Shown: positions 39,809 through 50,128, counted from the stretch's first letter. The stretch is DNA of 64,000 nucleotides from Promethearchaeota archaeon (GCA_011364925.1 RDOA01000004.1:45011-109010); one strand, 5' to 3'. Notes: generated by a model from the letters alone, not told the origin. Translations and numbers: made by a program.

Positions 39809-41137
39809 TTAGTAAAATTTAATATACTCATAAGCCTTGTTTGGAGACTGAAAACAATAATGAATTTCTTGATATTCCTTTTTAAATTCAGTCACTTCAT
39901 GTTTAACCTTCTTTGGATCCCTTTTATTGATTAACAAATCAGCGAAAAACCCTGCTATATCCACCATTTCACTTTTTCCCATCCCAAGACGGGTTATTTC
40001 AGAAGTTCCCAACCTTAACCCTCCTGGGTTTTTATAGTGCCTTCCTTGAGCAATATCCCAAGGTAAGAGGTTTCTATTAATTATAATATTTGCTTCTTCT
40101 AATAACCTCTCAATATCTCCACCTAAGCCAATAGTTTTTTCGAAATTTGTAATATCTACAACAATTTGGTGAGATTCAGTAAAACCTTTATGTTCCATAA
40201 GTACATTTATACCTCTTTCGTGTAAAGCCTGACCTAACGCTTTAGCGTTGTTAATTACATCTTTATGATATTCTTTACCGAACTCAAGCATTTCTGCTAA
40301 TGCAATAGTCAAACCTGCTACATTATGCAAATGATGGTTGGACAATAGCGCTGGAAACATACAAGGTTTTAAAAGTTCTATGAGATCTTCTCTATCTGAT
40401 ACGAGTGCTCCGTGTTGTGGACCCGGAAGTGTTTTATGAGTACTCATTGTCATTGCGTCTGCTCCTTCTCTAAGTGGATCTTGAAAGTACCCAGATCCTA
40501 TTAATCCTGCAACATGAGCTGCATCATAACCGACATTAGCTCCTATTTCTTTTGCTACTTCGCTTAACTCTCTAATAGGATGAGGAAAAAGAAAAACAGA
40601 ACCACCAAAAAGGACCATTTCTGGTTCAAAATCTCTCATTATTTTTGCTGTTGCGTCAGGATCTATATTCATTTCATCGTTATCAAATGCCATATACTCT
40701 ATATTCAATCCCCTTACGGTACCAGCAGTACCGTATATAGCCATTCCGCTCTTCGTAAATTTTGGAGCATGAGAAATGTGCCCACCTTTTGGAATTGGCA
40801 TTATTAACATTTTACCATTGTTTTCTGAAGTAAAAGCGTTATACATTGCTAAATTTGCTACGACTCCAGAAACAGGCCTTACATCAGCATGCACGCATTT
40901 GAAATACTCTTTTGCAAGTTCCATACAGATTTCTTCAATAATATCGATATACTTGCAACCTGCATAAACGCGCTCTCCAACCCAACCCTCCGCGTATCTA
41001 TGAGAGAAGTCGCAATTACACGCTTCATCAACTGCAGGGCTTGTAATATTTTCTGAAGCGATCAATGGGATTGAGTTGCTGAATAATTCATTATGTTCAA
41101 TTAAGATATTTCTGATTTCTTCTAATTTCTTATTCAA
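39809..41137 (-). CDS. glyA: serine hydroxymethyltransferase
   Basis: LIASEN, YAEG, GGHISH, DAAH, STHKTLPGP, GLRLGT. Confidence 0.96.
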   Translation of the reverse strand: MNKKLEEIRNILIEHNELFSNSIPLIASENITSPAVDEACNCDFSHRYAEGWVGERVYAGCKYIDIIEEICMELAKEYFKCVHADVRPVSGVVANLAMYNAFTSENNGKMLIMPIPKGGHISHAPKFTKSGMAIYGTAGTVRGLNIEYMAFDNDEMNIDPDATAKIMRDFEPEMVLFGGSVFLFPHPIRELSEVAKEIGANVGYDAAHVAGLIGSGYFQDPLREGADAMTMSTHKTLPGPQHGALVSDREDLIELLKPCMFPALLSNHHLHNVAGLTIALAEMLEFGKEYHKDVINNAKALGQALHERGINVLMEHKGFTESHQIVVDITNFEKTIGLGGDIERLLEEANIIINRNLLPWDIAQGRHYKNPGGLRLGTSEITRLGMGKSEMVDIAGFFADLLINKRDPKKVKHEVTEFKKEYQEIHYCFQSPNKAYEYIKFY

Positions 41138-41337
41138 TTTGAACCAAATCCAATTCTATTTTTAATTCTAAATTTAAAAATAATAAAATTCCAATCATTT
41201 TAAACCTTTTGACACGTTTGAAAGTCTTTAGAGCGAAATCCACTCAAATTCTAAGAATTATAGATTAATATTTGTATGTTAGAGTTGTTTAAACATATCA
41301 AAAATACTCAGTGAACCGTGTTCATTCTTGCAAAATC

Positions 41338-42267
41338 CTACTCTTTAGAACTTTCAAGGATTAACCGAGCTTCATAAAGATTCAATTTTTTCCCAGATTT
41401 CTGCTTTTCTAAAGCAGCAGCTAGTTTTTCCTGTTTTATCTTCTCTAATTCTTCATTCTTAATTGTTCTTTGATGTTTTAGCGCTCTAGGTTTTTTGGGC
41501 GTGTAAACGGGACGTTTTCCCTTTGATTCTTTTTTAATCTTACTCATAACGCGTAAAAATTTTTCGTGGTATTTATCTGCTGCTTTTTTGTTTTCAATTA
41601 ATTCTTCTTCTAAGGTTTTCTTTTTTTCTCTTAATCCATTAACAATCTGGTAGATTTCTTGCATTTTAGCATGGTAATCTTGAGATTTGTTTGACCATTT
41701 ATTTAATTGTTCGTAAATCTTATTCAAATTCAACTTAACAATCTGGATCTTTCGTTCTAACTTAAAAAAATCACTGTTCTGTTGTTCAGCTAAGAATTCT
41801 TGCTTTATATGTGCTAATTCTCTGATTTTATCAACCATCGCATTTTCTTCGAGAATGTCTAAATTCTCGATTTCTATTCTTCGCTCTAAATTTTCAATTT
41901 TTTTATCAATTTGTTTAATCGACACGAATTTGCCAGATTCTTTTCCTTTTTGACTTTCTTTTAAAAGATCTTTCTTTTCCTCGTTGAATTTATCAAGTGT
42001 ATTTTTATATTCGATCTTCTTATTTTTTAAATTCTTTACCTTGCTATTCCAATAATCTCGCTTTTTCTTATAATCTTCCTTTATTATTGTTAGATTTCTT
42101 TCTATTTGAACATCAATTTCTTGTAACTCATTAATGTATTCTTTAGTTTTTTTATTTAAATCATCCCGTTTCTGCCTAAATTCTTCGATTTGATTTTGAA
42201 GTTCCTTAAAAGAGTTTTTTGAATTTTGGGATGTATTTGTGTTTGCCCTACTCATAGATAAATTCAT
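41338..42267 (-). CDS. conserved archaeal coiled-coil protein (COG1340-like)
   Basis: Continuous heptads; IENLE...LD..EEN..V..I; C-terminal K.GKKL...E. Confidence 0.7.
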   Translation of the reverse strand: MNLSMSRANTNTSQNSKNSFKELQNQIEEFRQKRDDLNKKTKEYINELQEIDVQIERNLTIIKEDYKKKRDYWNSKVKNLKNKKIEYKNTLDKFNEEKKDLLKESQKGKESGKFVSIKQIDKKIENLERRIEIENLDILEENAMVDKIRELAHIKQEFLAEQQNSDFFKLERKIQIVKLNLNKIYEQLNKWSNKSQDYHAKMQEIYQIVNGLREKKKTLEEELIENKKAADKYHEKFLRVMSKIKKESKGKRPVYTPKKPRALKHQRTIKNEELEKIKQEKLAAALEKQKSGKKLNLYEARLILESSKE

Positions 42268-42468
42268 TAACGAGTATTTATAAAAAAGGTTGCATAAACA
42301 ATGATTGAGTATTTCAATTTATCATTGATTTAATATTTTTGGTAAAATCTTGATTATTTTTTTCTAAAGATAAAGAAAATTTACAGATTTGTATAAATCA
42401 TCACCCAACAACTTAAGAACAATTCATTCATTAATAGAAGAATTCAGAGTGTAAAGGTAGAAATAATT

Positions 42469-43347
42469 ATGGGAGAAGATGTTATAAAAAAAGATGATTT
42501 GATCTATTTAATCCTCGATAGTCGAAGAAAGTGGCTGGTAACTGTAGAAGAAGGGGGTGAATTTCAAACTCATAAGGGTATCATAAAATTTGACGATATA
42601 ATTGGGAAGCCATTCGGTTCTGTTGTCTTTTCCCAACCACATGAGACTCAAGGCTACAAATTCCATGTTCTTAAACCGTTACCCTCTGATTATGTAATTT
42701 ACATGAGCCGTAAGACTCAAATCATTTATCCTGAAGATGCGGGATTAATCCTTATTTATTCTGGAATTGGACCTGGTAGTAAAGTTATTGAAGCAGGATG
42801 TGGTTCTGGAGCGTTAACATGTATTTTAGGGAATTATGTTCGCCCTAATGGGTACATCTTTTCTTACGACATTAGAAAAAAAAGCCTTAAAAAAGCATTA
42901 AGTAATATTCTCAAGGCTAAACTGCAAGATTTTGTTTCCATTCAATATGGAGATATTCTAACCGAGGACTTTGGACATGAGAATATTGATTCAATAGTTT
43001 TAGATATGCCTCAACCTTGGCGAGCAATTGAAAAAATTAAGAAATATCTTAAACTTAGTGGAACATTAGTATCATTCTCACCCACAATAGAGCAAGTTAA
43101 AAAAACAAGTTCCGCTTTACAAAAAAACGGTTTTTTCGAAATAAACACATACGAGTTAATTAAGCGGAAGTATCAAGTTAAGGAGAACGCAACCCATCCT
43201 GAAGTGCGAATGATTGGGCATACTGGATATATTACATTTGGTAGAAAAATTAATGATGTTAAAAATCCTTATCGCGAAAAAAAACCAAGAAAAGAAGAGT
43301 TTATCAATTTAACTGGAATGCCTTTACGAAGTGATGAGGAATCGTGA
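42469..43347 (+). CDS. trmI: tRNA (adenine57/58-N1)-methyltransferase
   Basis: THKG, RKTQIIYPED, EAGCGSG, LDMPQPW, FSP.IEQV, HTGY. Confidence 0.93.
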   Translation: MGEDVIKKDDLIYLILDSRRKWLVTVEEGGEFQTHKGIIKFDDIIGKPFGSVVFSQPHETQGYKFHVLKPLPSDYVIYMSRKTQIIYPEDAGLILIYSGIGPGSKVIEAGCGSGALTCILGNYVRPNGYIFSYDIRKKSLKKALSNILKAKLQDFVSIQYGDILTEDFGHENIDSIVLDMPQPWRAIEKIKKYLKLSGTLVSFSPTIEQVKKTSSALQKNGFFEINTYELIKRKYQVKENATHPEVRMIGHTGYITFGRKINDVKNPYREKKPRKEEFINLTGMPLRSDEES

Positions 43348-43679
43348 TTGAATATCAAGATTTTAAGAAAATTGATCTAAGAGTTGGTCTAATCAAAATA
43401 TGCGAAATACTCCCAAAATCAAGGCATTTATATCGATTACTCGTAGATTGCGGAGAAAATCAATTAAGACAAATTATTACCGGCATTTCTGACTTTTATA
43501 CACCAGAAGAACTAGTAAATAAAAAAATAGTTGTGTTGGTTAATCTTACTCCAAGAAAAATAATGGGATTAGAAAGTCAAGGAATGCTTCTAGCGGCAGA
43601 TTTCAAGGGAGAACCCTTTTTGCTTAAAATAGACGAGAGAAAAGGTAAAAATGTGCCCGTTGGGAGCGTAATAAAATGA
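43344..43679 (+). CDS. tRNA-binding OB-fold protein (Trbp111/MetRS C-terminal-like)
   Basis: DF.KIDLRVG, RQIITGI, NL.PRKIMG.ESQGMLLA. Confidence 0.9.
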   Translation: MIEYQDFKKIDLRVGLIKICEILPKSRHLYRLLVDCGENQLRQIITGISDFYTPEELVNKKIVVLVNLTPRKIMGLESQGMLLAADFKGEPFLLKIDERKGKNVPVGSVIK

Positions 43680-44099
43680 TTAAAACCCTTTTAATTTAAC
43701 GCCAGTTTGGAATTCTTTCTTTTTCTTGTATCTTTCCGTTTTAAAATAATGTTTCTTCTTTCCGGGTAAAATATTGATATATTTTCTTAACACATCTTCT
43801 ACAAACGCTTTTGTAGCCTTGTTTGGAATTCTTGCTGGATTAGATAAAACTGCGAGAATTTCCTTATCTTTAGAGTCTGGACTGAGACCAATATTTTTTA
43901 TAGGGATATGAAATGAATGAATAAAATATCCCTCTCTTTTTTCTTCGTGAGCAATGACTCTCAAGATATTTACTTCTTCTTTTTTTATTTTAAAATCAAT
44001 AACTTTTTTACCAGGGCGTACGATTATTGTAATATAAAGTGGAATCTTATTTTTTGGGTCGTGAATTTTTTTTAAAAATTCATCCAGTTTGTTAACCAT
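43680..44099 (-). CDS. basic hypothetical protein
   Basis: Fills the gap between neighbours; likely ATG44099 (MVNKLDEF); no recognised motif. Confidence 0.6.
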   Translation of the reverse strand: MVNKLDEFLKKIHDPKNKIPLYITIIVRPGKKVIDFKIKKEEVNILRVIAHEEKREGYFIHSFHIPIKNIGLSPDSKDKEILAVLSNPARIPNKATKAFVEDVLRKYINILPGKKKHYFKTERYKKKKEFQTGVKLKGF

Positions 44100-44198
44100 T
44101 TTAAAGTATGAAGCTAATAAGTTCTGTAATATAAATAGTTTTAAAGTAGAATAATTAATTAAATTTATTATTAGAATTAACTTAATCACGAAAAAATC

Positions 44199-44621
44199 AT
44201 GACCGTAGTATTAGAAACATTTGATCTAAAAACTAAAGCGTATTGTGATATAATAAATATCACTTCCCAAGTTCAAGAAGCAATTAGAAAAAGCGGATTA
44301 ATGAATGGCATCGTAAATGTTCATGTTGCAGGCTCAACAGGTGCCATATCAACTGTCGAATACGAACCCGGATTAGTCCAACACGATATTGAAGAGTTAT
44401 TAGAAAAAATTACCCCATATAAAAAGGATTATGCGCATCACAAAACATGGCACGATTATAATGGAGCTGGCCATCTAAGAAGTTTTCTCCTCAAAACATC
44501 CCAAACATTCCCATTTCATAAAGGAAAGTTAATCTTAGGCACGTGGCAACAGATTATATTTGTGGAAAACGATGAAAAACCAAGGCATAGAAAAATTTTT
44601 ATGACAATCATAGCAGAGTAG
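44199..44621 (+). CDS. yjbQ: YjbQ/UPF0047 family protein
   Basis: GSTG....EYEPGL..D, NG.GHLRS, LGTWQQI. Confidence 0.9.
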   Translation: MTVVLETFDLKTKAYCDIINITSQVQEAIRKSGLMNGIVNVHVAGSTGAISTVEYEPGLVQHDIEELLEKITPYKKDYAHHKTWHDYNGAGHLRSFLLKTSQTFPFHKGKLILGTWQQIIFVENDEKPRHRKIFMTIIAE

Positions 44622-44646
44622 TTCTTTAAAATAAAATGAAAAAGAT

Positions 44647-44868
44647 TTATAATCTTTTTGCTACATTGTTAAATTCATCTACGAGCATATTATATACTTC
44701 ACGACGGCGTATATCTTCGAATCTATCTATCATTTTCACAATTGTTTCATGACGTTCTTGTATCATGCTTTTGAAGATTGGAATTTTTCGGACTAAATGC
44801 TCGAATTTATTCTTCTGAATTATTTGGTAGTTTAAAAATTCCAAAAAGTTGTTTTCTTCTTCGATCAA
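44647..44868 (-). CDS. small hypothetical protein
   Basis: 73 aa, TTG start preceded by AGAGGA SD; no recognised motif. Confidence 0.5.
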   Translation of the reverse strand: MIEEENNFLEFLNYQIIQKNKFEHLVRKIPIFKSMIQERHETIVKMIDRFEDIRRREVYNMLVDEFNNVAKRL

Positions 44869-44966
44869 TTACATCCTCTTTTTTAAATTGGTATTTTTAC
44901 CATATTAAAATTAATTTCAATAAAAAATCGTAGTGTCATGTATGTATTTTTCATGTAATATTGGAG

Positions 44967-44989
44967 ATTTGCGATATAAGGACGCAAAT
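44967..44989. promoter_or_regulatory. inverted repeat, candidate transcription-factor site
   Basis: ATTTGCG-N9-CGCAAAT perfect 7-bp arms in a divergent intergenic region. Confidence 0.35.
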
Positions 44990-45103
44990 TAGAAAAAGGC
45001 AATAAGGTTATAAAGAATAATTTTCACTTATATCTAAAAAATTTCACTAGAATCAACGATTAAAAAAGCTTGTAATATATTTGCTAAGAATTGGTGTGAA
45101 ATC

Positions 45104-46039
45104 ATGGAACAGTTTATAAAGGTCATTATATCGGGATTAGATAATGCTGGTAAAACTTCTATACTAACAGCACTAAATAAGAAATACGATTTTCATAAAG
45201 ATATAATCTCTCTTACTCCAACTATTCGAGTTGAATACCAGGCAACAGAATTTCTAAAAAATCGAATAGTATTTTGGGATATGGGTGGCCAAGAGAAATA
45301 TAGAGATATGTATCAAGAGAAACAAGAATTATATTTTTCAGATACAGATTTACTCATTTATATCATAGATATTCAAGACACGCAAAGAATTGAGACGTCT
45401 TTAATGTATTTAGATGCAATTTTGCATTACTTTGAGAAAAACAAAATGGATGTGCCGCTTATAATAAGCTTTCATAAATTCGACCCCGAACTTAGCGCAA
45501 ACGAAGGTTTAATTAATGAAATCGAATCTTTAAGAGAACATCTATTAAAAAAATACTACTCCTTTAAAATTCTCTTCCAACAAACATCTATTTACGATGT
45601 AATTTCAATTATACAGTTGATATCTTATGGATTATCCGTATTTGACGAAAAGTTTTTCGATCTTTCTGAGTTATTAGAAAAATATCTTGTCCAATTCGAA
45701 AGTGAGTCATTAATTCTATTTGATAAAAACGGCATAATTTTAAGCGAATATTACAACAAAATTATTGAACCCGAAGTATATATTGAACTTATAGAATCTA
45801 TTAAAGAACATCTGTTTTTACTAAAAAGGATGCAAGAAGAATCATACGAAACTAATTACGCATTGTCATCAATCGGAGAAGAGTTAATATCTTATCTACA
45901 TAAAATTGAACTAGAAAGTGAGTCATTATTTATTTCAGTTGTTATTCAAGAAACATTAAAGGAACCCTTTTTAGAAAAATTTTCAGACTTCATGTCTGAA
46001 TTAAAAGAAATCTTGAAACCTTTACTAACGCGTTCCTAG
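45104..46039 (+). CDS. Rag/Arf-like small GTPase with C-terminal roadblock/longin-like domain
   Basis: GLDNAGKTS, PT, WDMGGQ, HKFD, TSIYD; C-domain SLILFDKNGIILSE. Confidence 0.85.
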   Translation: MEQFIKVIISGLDNAGKTSILTALNKKYDFHKDIISLTPTIRVEYQATEFLKNRIVFWDMGGQEKYRDMYQEKQELYFSDTDLLIYIIDIQDTQRIETSLMYLDAILHYFEKNKMDVPLIISFHKFDPELSANEGLINEIESLREHLLKKYYSFKILFQQTSIYDVISIIQLISYGLSVFDEKFFDLSELLEKYLVQFESESLILFDKNGIILSEYYNKIIEPEVYIELIESIKEHLFLLKRMQEESYETNYALSSIGEELISYLHKIELESESLFISVVIQETLKEPFLEKFSDFMSELKEILKPLLTRS

Positions 46040-46046
46040 TCAGCTT

Positions 46047-47144
46047 TTATTCTATTTTTAAAAGCTCCCTTGCCTTGTCTATTAATTTTTCTTTCTTCTT
46101 CTGATGAGATTCAATAAATTTCAATACTTTTTCAATACATTGGGATTTATGTTCACCGCACAGTAGCTCTCCTTTAACACAACGTTCAAATTCATCAGCT
46201 AAAACATCATCGTCTTCTTCAAAGTGATACATTAGCATCTTGTAAATCATACATTTACCTGGCTCTCCCCCTAACTTTTGTTGTTCTTTCTTATTTTTAC
46301 GCCCTCCCGTCAAAGCACCCTTCACTTTTTTTTCAATTGAGTCTAATGACTCATTAAATGTGAAGGAACTATTAGGATTTCTCTTTGCCATCTTATCCGA
46401 TCCATCTATGCCAGCTAAAAGATAATGATATGTTGCTCCTGGTAAGAAGAATGTTTTATAATATCTTCGTGTAAGATCTCGGGTAAGCCTTATATGTGGA
46501 TCCTGATCAATACCTACTGGCACCACTGTTGGTTGTGGGCTTTCCATAATTTGAGGAAGAAGTATATCCCCTACCTGAATAAGAGATGCGATATAGAGTC
46601 CAAATGTTTTCTCACCATAGATAGCGTTTAACATGTTCTGAGTTACCAATCTACTTACTTTAAAGCATACTTCTTGAACTAGCGGTTCTTTAGATTGTCT
46701 CCAAATATATGCTTTATCAGGTGATGGATCTAATCCAAATGCTAAAATATCAGCAACATTATCAATAGCGTGTGATTCCGCTTTTTCGTAAGGTATCCCA
46801 TTATCTTCCCAAGACTCAATATCAGCAATACCATAATAGACAGTTCCTCCCATCTTCTGAAATTCAACTATTTCTAAAGCAGTAGTTGAAGTTCCTAAAT
46901 GATACGGACCAGACGGTTTGATACCGCTCATTACCGCCCATGGCTTATTTTCCTCAATTGCCTTGAATATAGTTCCTAAATCGCGATGACCAAAAATTAT
47001 TTTTCTTCTGAAAAATCTATTTTCTCGTAGTTTTTGTCTTAATACTTCGTTAACTTCCTCAATTCCAAACTCTTTAATGATTCTTTCATAATCGTCCTCA
47101 TCTAAAGGGCTCGAAGCTCCCCAAGGATCCAACATTTTTTTCAC
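46047..47144 (-). CDS. trpS: tryptophan--tRNA ligase (archaeal type)
   Basis: LDPWG, GIKPSG..HLG, PVGIDQDPH.RLTRD, KMAK, A.TGGR, GELLCGE.K. Confidence 0.92.
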   Translation of the reverse strand: MKKMLDPWGASSPLDEDDYERIIKEFGIEEVNEVLRQKLRENRFFRRKIIFGHRDLGTIFKAIEENKPWAVMSGIKPSGPYHLGTSTTALEIVEFQKMGGTVYYGIADIESWEDNGIPYEKAESHAIDNVADILAFGLDPSPDKAYIWRQSKEPLVQEVCFKVSRLVTQNMLNAIYGEKTFGLYIASLIQVGDILLPQIMESPQPTVVPVGIDQDPHIRLTRDLTRRYYKTFFLPGATYHYLLAGIDGSDKMAKRNPNSSFTFNESLDSIEKKVKGALTGGRKNKKEQQKLGGEPGKCMIYKMLMYHFEEDDDVLADEFERCVKGELLCGEHKSQCIEKVLKFIESHQKKKEKLIDKARELLKIE

Positions 47145-47355
47145 ACATTACTTCTTAATAAATAAAAATATATTAGTGAATATAATAAAAATAGAAATCA
47201 ATAAAAATTTTCATACAATTTTAGTCTATTTAAGGTATTAAATAATATTTTAAACTTGTTTTCCCTTTTTTAACTTCAACTCATTCTAGAAATTTGGCAT
47301 TATTTAAGAGTCTATAAGACCAAAATTAAATAATTTAGATTTTTCTGTTTTTATT

Positions 47356-47766
47356 ATGATGACAGAAAATGAACATACAACTGAGGAAGAATGGAAAGAA
47401 AAATTAACAGAGGAGCAGTATAAAGTCCTACGATTAAAAGGAACTGAACGACCGTTTACAGGAAAATATTGGGATAACAAAGAAAAAGGAGTCTATTATT
47501 GTGCGGGATGTGGAACACCACTTTTTAATTCAAAATCTAAATTCAAGTCAGGTTCAGGTTGGCCTAGTTTTACAAACCCAATTGATGAGTCCAATGTTCA
47601 TGAAGAACAAGACACTAGTCTTAATATGAGAAGAACGGAAGTTTTATGCAGTAAATGCGGAGGACACTTAGGACATGTATTTGATGACGGTCCTAAACCA
47701 ACTGGAATGAGATACTGTATTAATTCGATTTCTTTAGATTTTAAGCCAAAAAATAAAGAAGATTAG
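47356..47766 (+). CDS. msrB: peptide-methionine (R)-S-oxide reductase
   Basis: [35 protein letters not shown]. Confidence 0.96.
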   Translation: MMTENEHTTEEEWKEKLTEEQYKVLRLKGTERPFTGKYWDNKEKGVYYCAGCGTPLFNSKSKFKSGSGWPSFTNPIDESNVHEEQDTSLNMRRTEVLCSKCGGHLGHVFDDGPKPTGMRYCINSISLDFKPKNKED

Positions 47767-47787
47767 AATCGAATAGCTCTATAATTT

Positions 47788-48279
47788 TTATGAAAGAACA
47801 GTTGAAGTATTTTTATATTCTTTTAATACCATATTGGAATTAGTTTTAGTCACATACTCTTTATCATTTAGTTCTCGAATAAAATTATGAACATCTTGCG
47901 CTTCTTTAAATCTACAGATCAGAGCTGCTGATTGCTCTCCTGTTGTATGAAAGACAGAACAAACTTCTGGTTTTTTTGTGATTTCTTCAAGAATTTCTTG
48001 AGTATGTTTTCCATCAATATTAATTCTTATTAAAAATGTTAATTTATAACCTAATATTTCGTTATTAAGCTTGAGCGTATAACCTTCAATAACATTATGT
48101 TCTTCTAATTTTGATATTCGGTTGTGAATTGTACCAATTGAGATTTTTAGTTCTTCTTTAATCTCTCGATATGACGTTTTTGCGTCAGCTTGCAAAGTTT
48201 TTATGATCGCTTCGTCGATTTCATCTAGAGTTATTTTTACTTTTTCCTCTCCATTAACGATTATTTTTTCCTCTTTCAT
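47788..48279 (-). CDS. Lrp/AsnC family transcriptional regulator
   Basis: LDEID..I...LQ.DA, HTH, C-terminal RAM domain (VFHTTG). Confidence 0.92.
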   Translation of the reverse strand: MKEEKIIVNGEEKVKITLDEIDEAIIKTLQADAKTSYREIKEELKISIGTIHNRISKLEEHNVIEGYTLKLNNEILGYKLTFLIRINIDGKHTQEILEEITKKPEVCSVFHTTGEQSAALICRFKEAQDVHNFIRELNDKEYVTKTNSNMVLKEYKNTSTVLS

Positions 48280-48297
48280 TTTTAATAAGCGATTTTT

Positions 48298-48337
48298 TTT
48301 GAAATTTTCAAATTTTTTGAAATTTTGTTGAAATTTT
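48298..48337. promoter_or_regulatory. array of candidate Lrp-binding boxes
   Basis: 15-bp palindrome TTTGAAA-T-TTTCAAA (48298-48312) and three copies of TTGAAATTTT directly upstream of the lrp gene. Confidence 0.45.
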
Positions 48338-48497
48338 GTTCATTCAATAATGAGAAAAATTATTGAACTAAATATAAAATTTGTGCTCTACATGTTTTTT
48401 AATTTTTAAATGATCTCCAAATCATAAAATTCATATAATTGGGGACATTAGAAAGTGATATAAGTTAAAAATTTAAATTACACGAAATGGTAAAATC

Positions 48498-50087
48498 ATG
48501 TCCGTACCCATAATAATTCTCAAAGAAGGAACAGAAGAAACGAAAGAAAAAGAAGCTCGGATGCAAAACATTAATGCTATTATGGCCATTACTGAAACTG
48601 TAAAATCCACTCTTGGACCAAAAGGCATGAATAAAATGCTTGTAGATTCTGTAGGAGATGTAACAATAACGAACGATGGTGCCGAAATTCTCAAGCAGTT
48701 AGATATCGATAATGTCGCTGCAAATATGATGGTAAATATTGCTAAATCTATTGATGAAGACATTGGAGATGGCACAACGACAGCTGTAATTTTTTCGGCT
48801 GCATTATTGAGCAACGCTCTTGAACTTATAGAGCAAGACATCCATCCAAAACCTATTACTCACGGTTATAAATTAGCAGCAGATAAAGCTTTAAAATTAG
48901 TAAATGAATTAGCTACAAAAATTACCCGAGATGATGATAAAGTTCTTCTAAATGTTGCTAAAACTGCCATGAACGCTAAAGATATCGTCGGAGTGAAAGA
49001 TTATTTCGCTGATTTAACTTTAAAAGCGATAAAACATATAAGAGGAGAAGACGGTACCACTTTTTCTAAGGTAAATAATGTTAAAATCGTCAAAGCTCCT
49101 GGTAAATCCCTTAGAGATTCTGAATTGATAAATGGAGTCTATATTGAAAAAGAGAAAGTTAATTCTGCTATGCCTGATACCGTGAAAAATGCGAATATTG
49201 CAGTTATTAGAAGAAAACTGGATGTTGTCAAAACAGAATTTGACGCTCAAATAAGGATTTCAAATCCAGCAGATATTCAAAAATTTCTCGATCAGGAAGA
49301 AAAAATTCTAATTGATTACTTGAAAATTTTCAAAGATCTCGGTGTAAATATGATTGTTAACAATAAGGACGTATCTGATAAATTTGGAGCTTACTTAGCA
49401 AAAGAAGGAATTGCAGCCATCAAAAATCTCGGAGATTCTGACATGAAAGCTGTAGCTAAAGCAGTTGGTGCCAAAGTAATAGACGATCTACATTCATTAA
49501 CCAAAGAAGATCTAGGGTTCGCAGATCATATAAAATTTGAAAAGATTGGTAGCGATGAGTATACTTTATTTACAGGGTGTAAAAATCCAAAATCAGTTTC
49601 AATTCTGCTTAAAGGTGGTTTAGAGAAAATTTTAAATTCTGCTGAGATCACCCTACACGATGTATTATCAGTAGTAGCAAAAGTCATGGATACCGAAGCT
49701 ATAGTTGCAGGTGGCGGAGCAATTTATATTGAACTTGCGAAAAGGCTAAGAGAGTACGCTAACCAAATCAGCGGTAAGGAACAACTTGCAGTAAACGCAT
49801 TTGCAATTGCCCTCGAAGAAATTCCAAAAACCTTAATTAAAAACGCTGGTTTAGACGAAATTGAGAATATGACTGAATTACGTGCTTCCCATAAAACTGA
49901 AGGCGATAAATGGAAAGGAATTGATACTATAACTAATGAAATTGGAGATAACTTTGAGAAGGGAATAATTGAACCCGCGGCTTTAATTAATCACGTAGTA
50001 AAAGCTGGAAGCGAATTAGCGAATTTAATTCTAAGAGTAGATAGAATTATTAGTGCTAAGGGTAGTAAACCTCCTGGATTAGGTTAA
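48498..50087 (+). CDS. ths: thermosome (group II chaperonin) subunit
   Basis: STLGPKGM.KM, TNDG, GDGTTT, AGGGA, IIEP. Confidence 0.95.
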   Translation: MSVPIIILKEGTEETKEKEARMQNINAIMAITETVKSTLGPKGMNKMLVDSVGDVTITNDGAEILKQLDIDNVAANMMVNIAKSIDEDIGDGTTTAVIFSAALLSNALELIEQDIHPKPITHGYKLAADKALKLVNELATKITRDDDKVLLNVAKTAMNAKDIVGVKDYFADLTLKAIKHIRGEDGTTFSKVNNVKIVKAPGKSLRDSELINGVYIEKEKVNSAMPDTVKNANIAVIRRKLDVVKTEFDAQIRISNPADIQKFLDQEEKILIDYLKIFKDLGVNMIVNNKDVSDKFGAYLAKEGIAAIKNLGDSDMKAVAKAVGAKVIDDLHSLTKEDLGFADHIKFEKIGSDEYTLFTGCKNPKSVSILLKGGLEKILNSAEITLHDVLSVVAKVMDTEAIVAGGGAIYIELAKRLREYANQISGKEQLAVNAFAIALEEIPKTLIKNAGLDEIENMTELRASHKTEGDKWKGIDTITNEIGDNFEKGIIEPAALINHVVKAGSELANLILRVDRIISAKGSKPPGLG

Positions 50088-50098
50088 ATCAGTATTAA

Positions 50099-50128
50099 TT
50101 TCTATTTTTTCTCTATTTTTTTATTTTA
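50099..50128 (+). terminator. T-rich archaeal-type terminator
   Basis: TTTCTATTTTTTCTCTATTTTTTTTATTTT directly after the thermosome stop. Confidence 0.45.

Noticed and set aside
1580-47766. Possible selenocysteine recoding in MsrA, MsrB or the Fe-S proteins (Lokiarchaea use Sec)
   Set aside because: Catalytic positions are Cys codons, and I saw no in-frame TGA interrupting a recognisable domain
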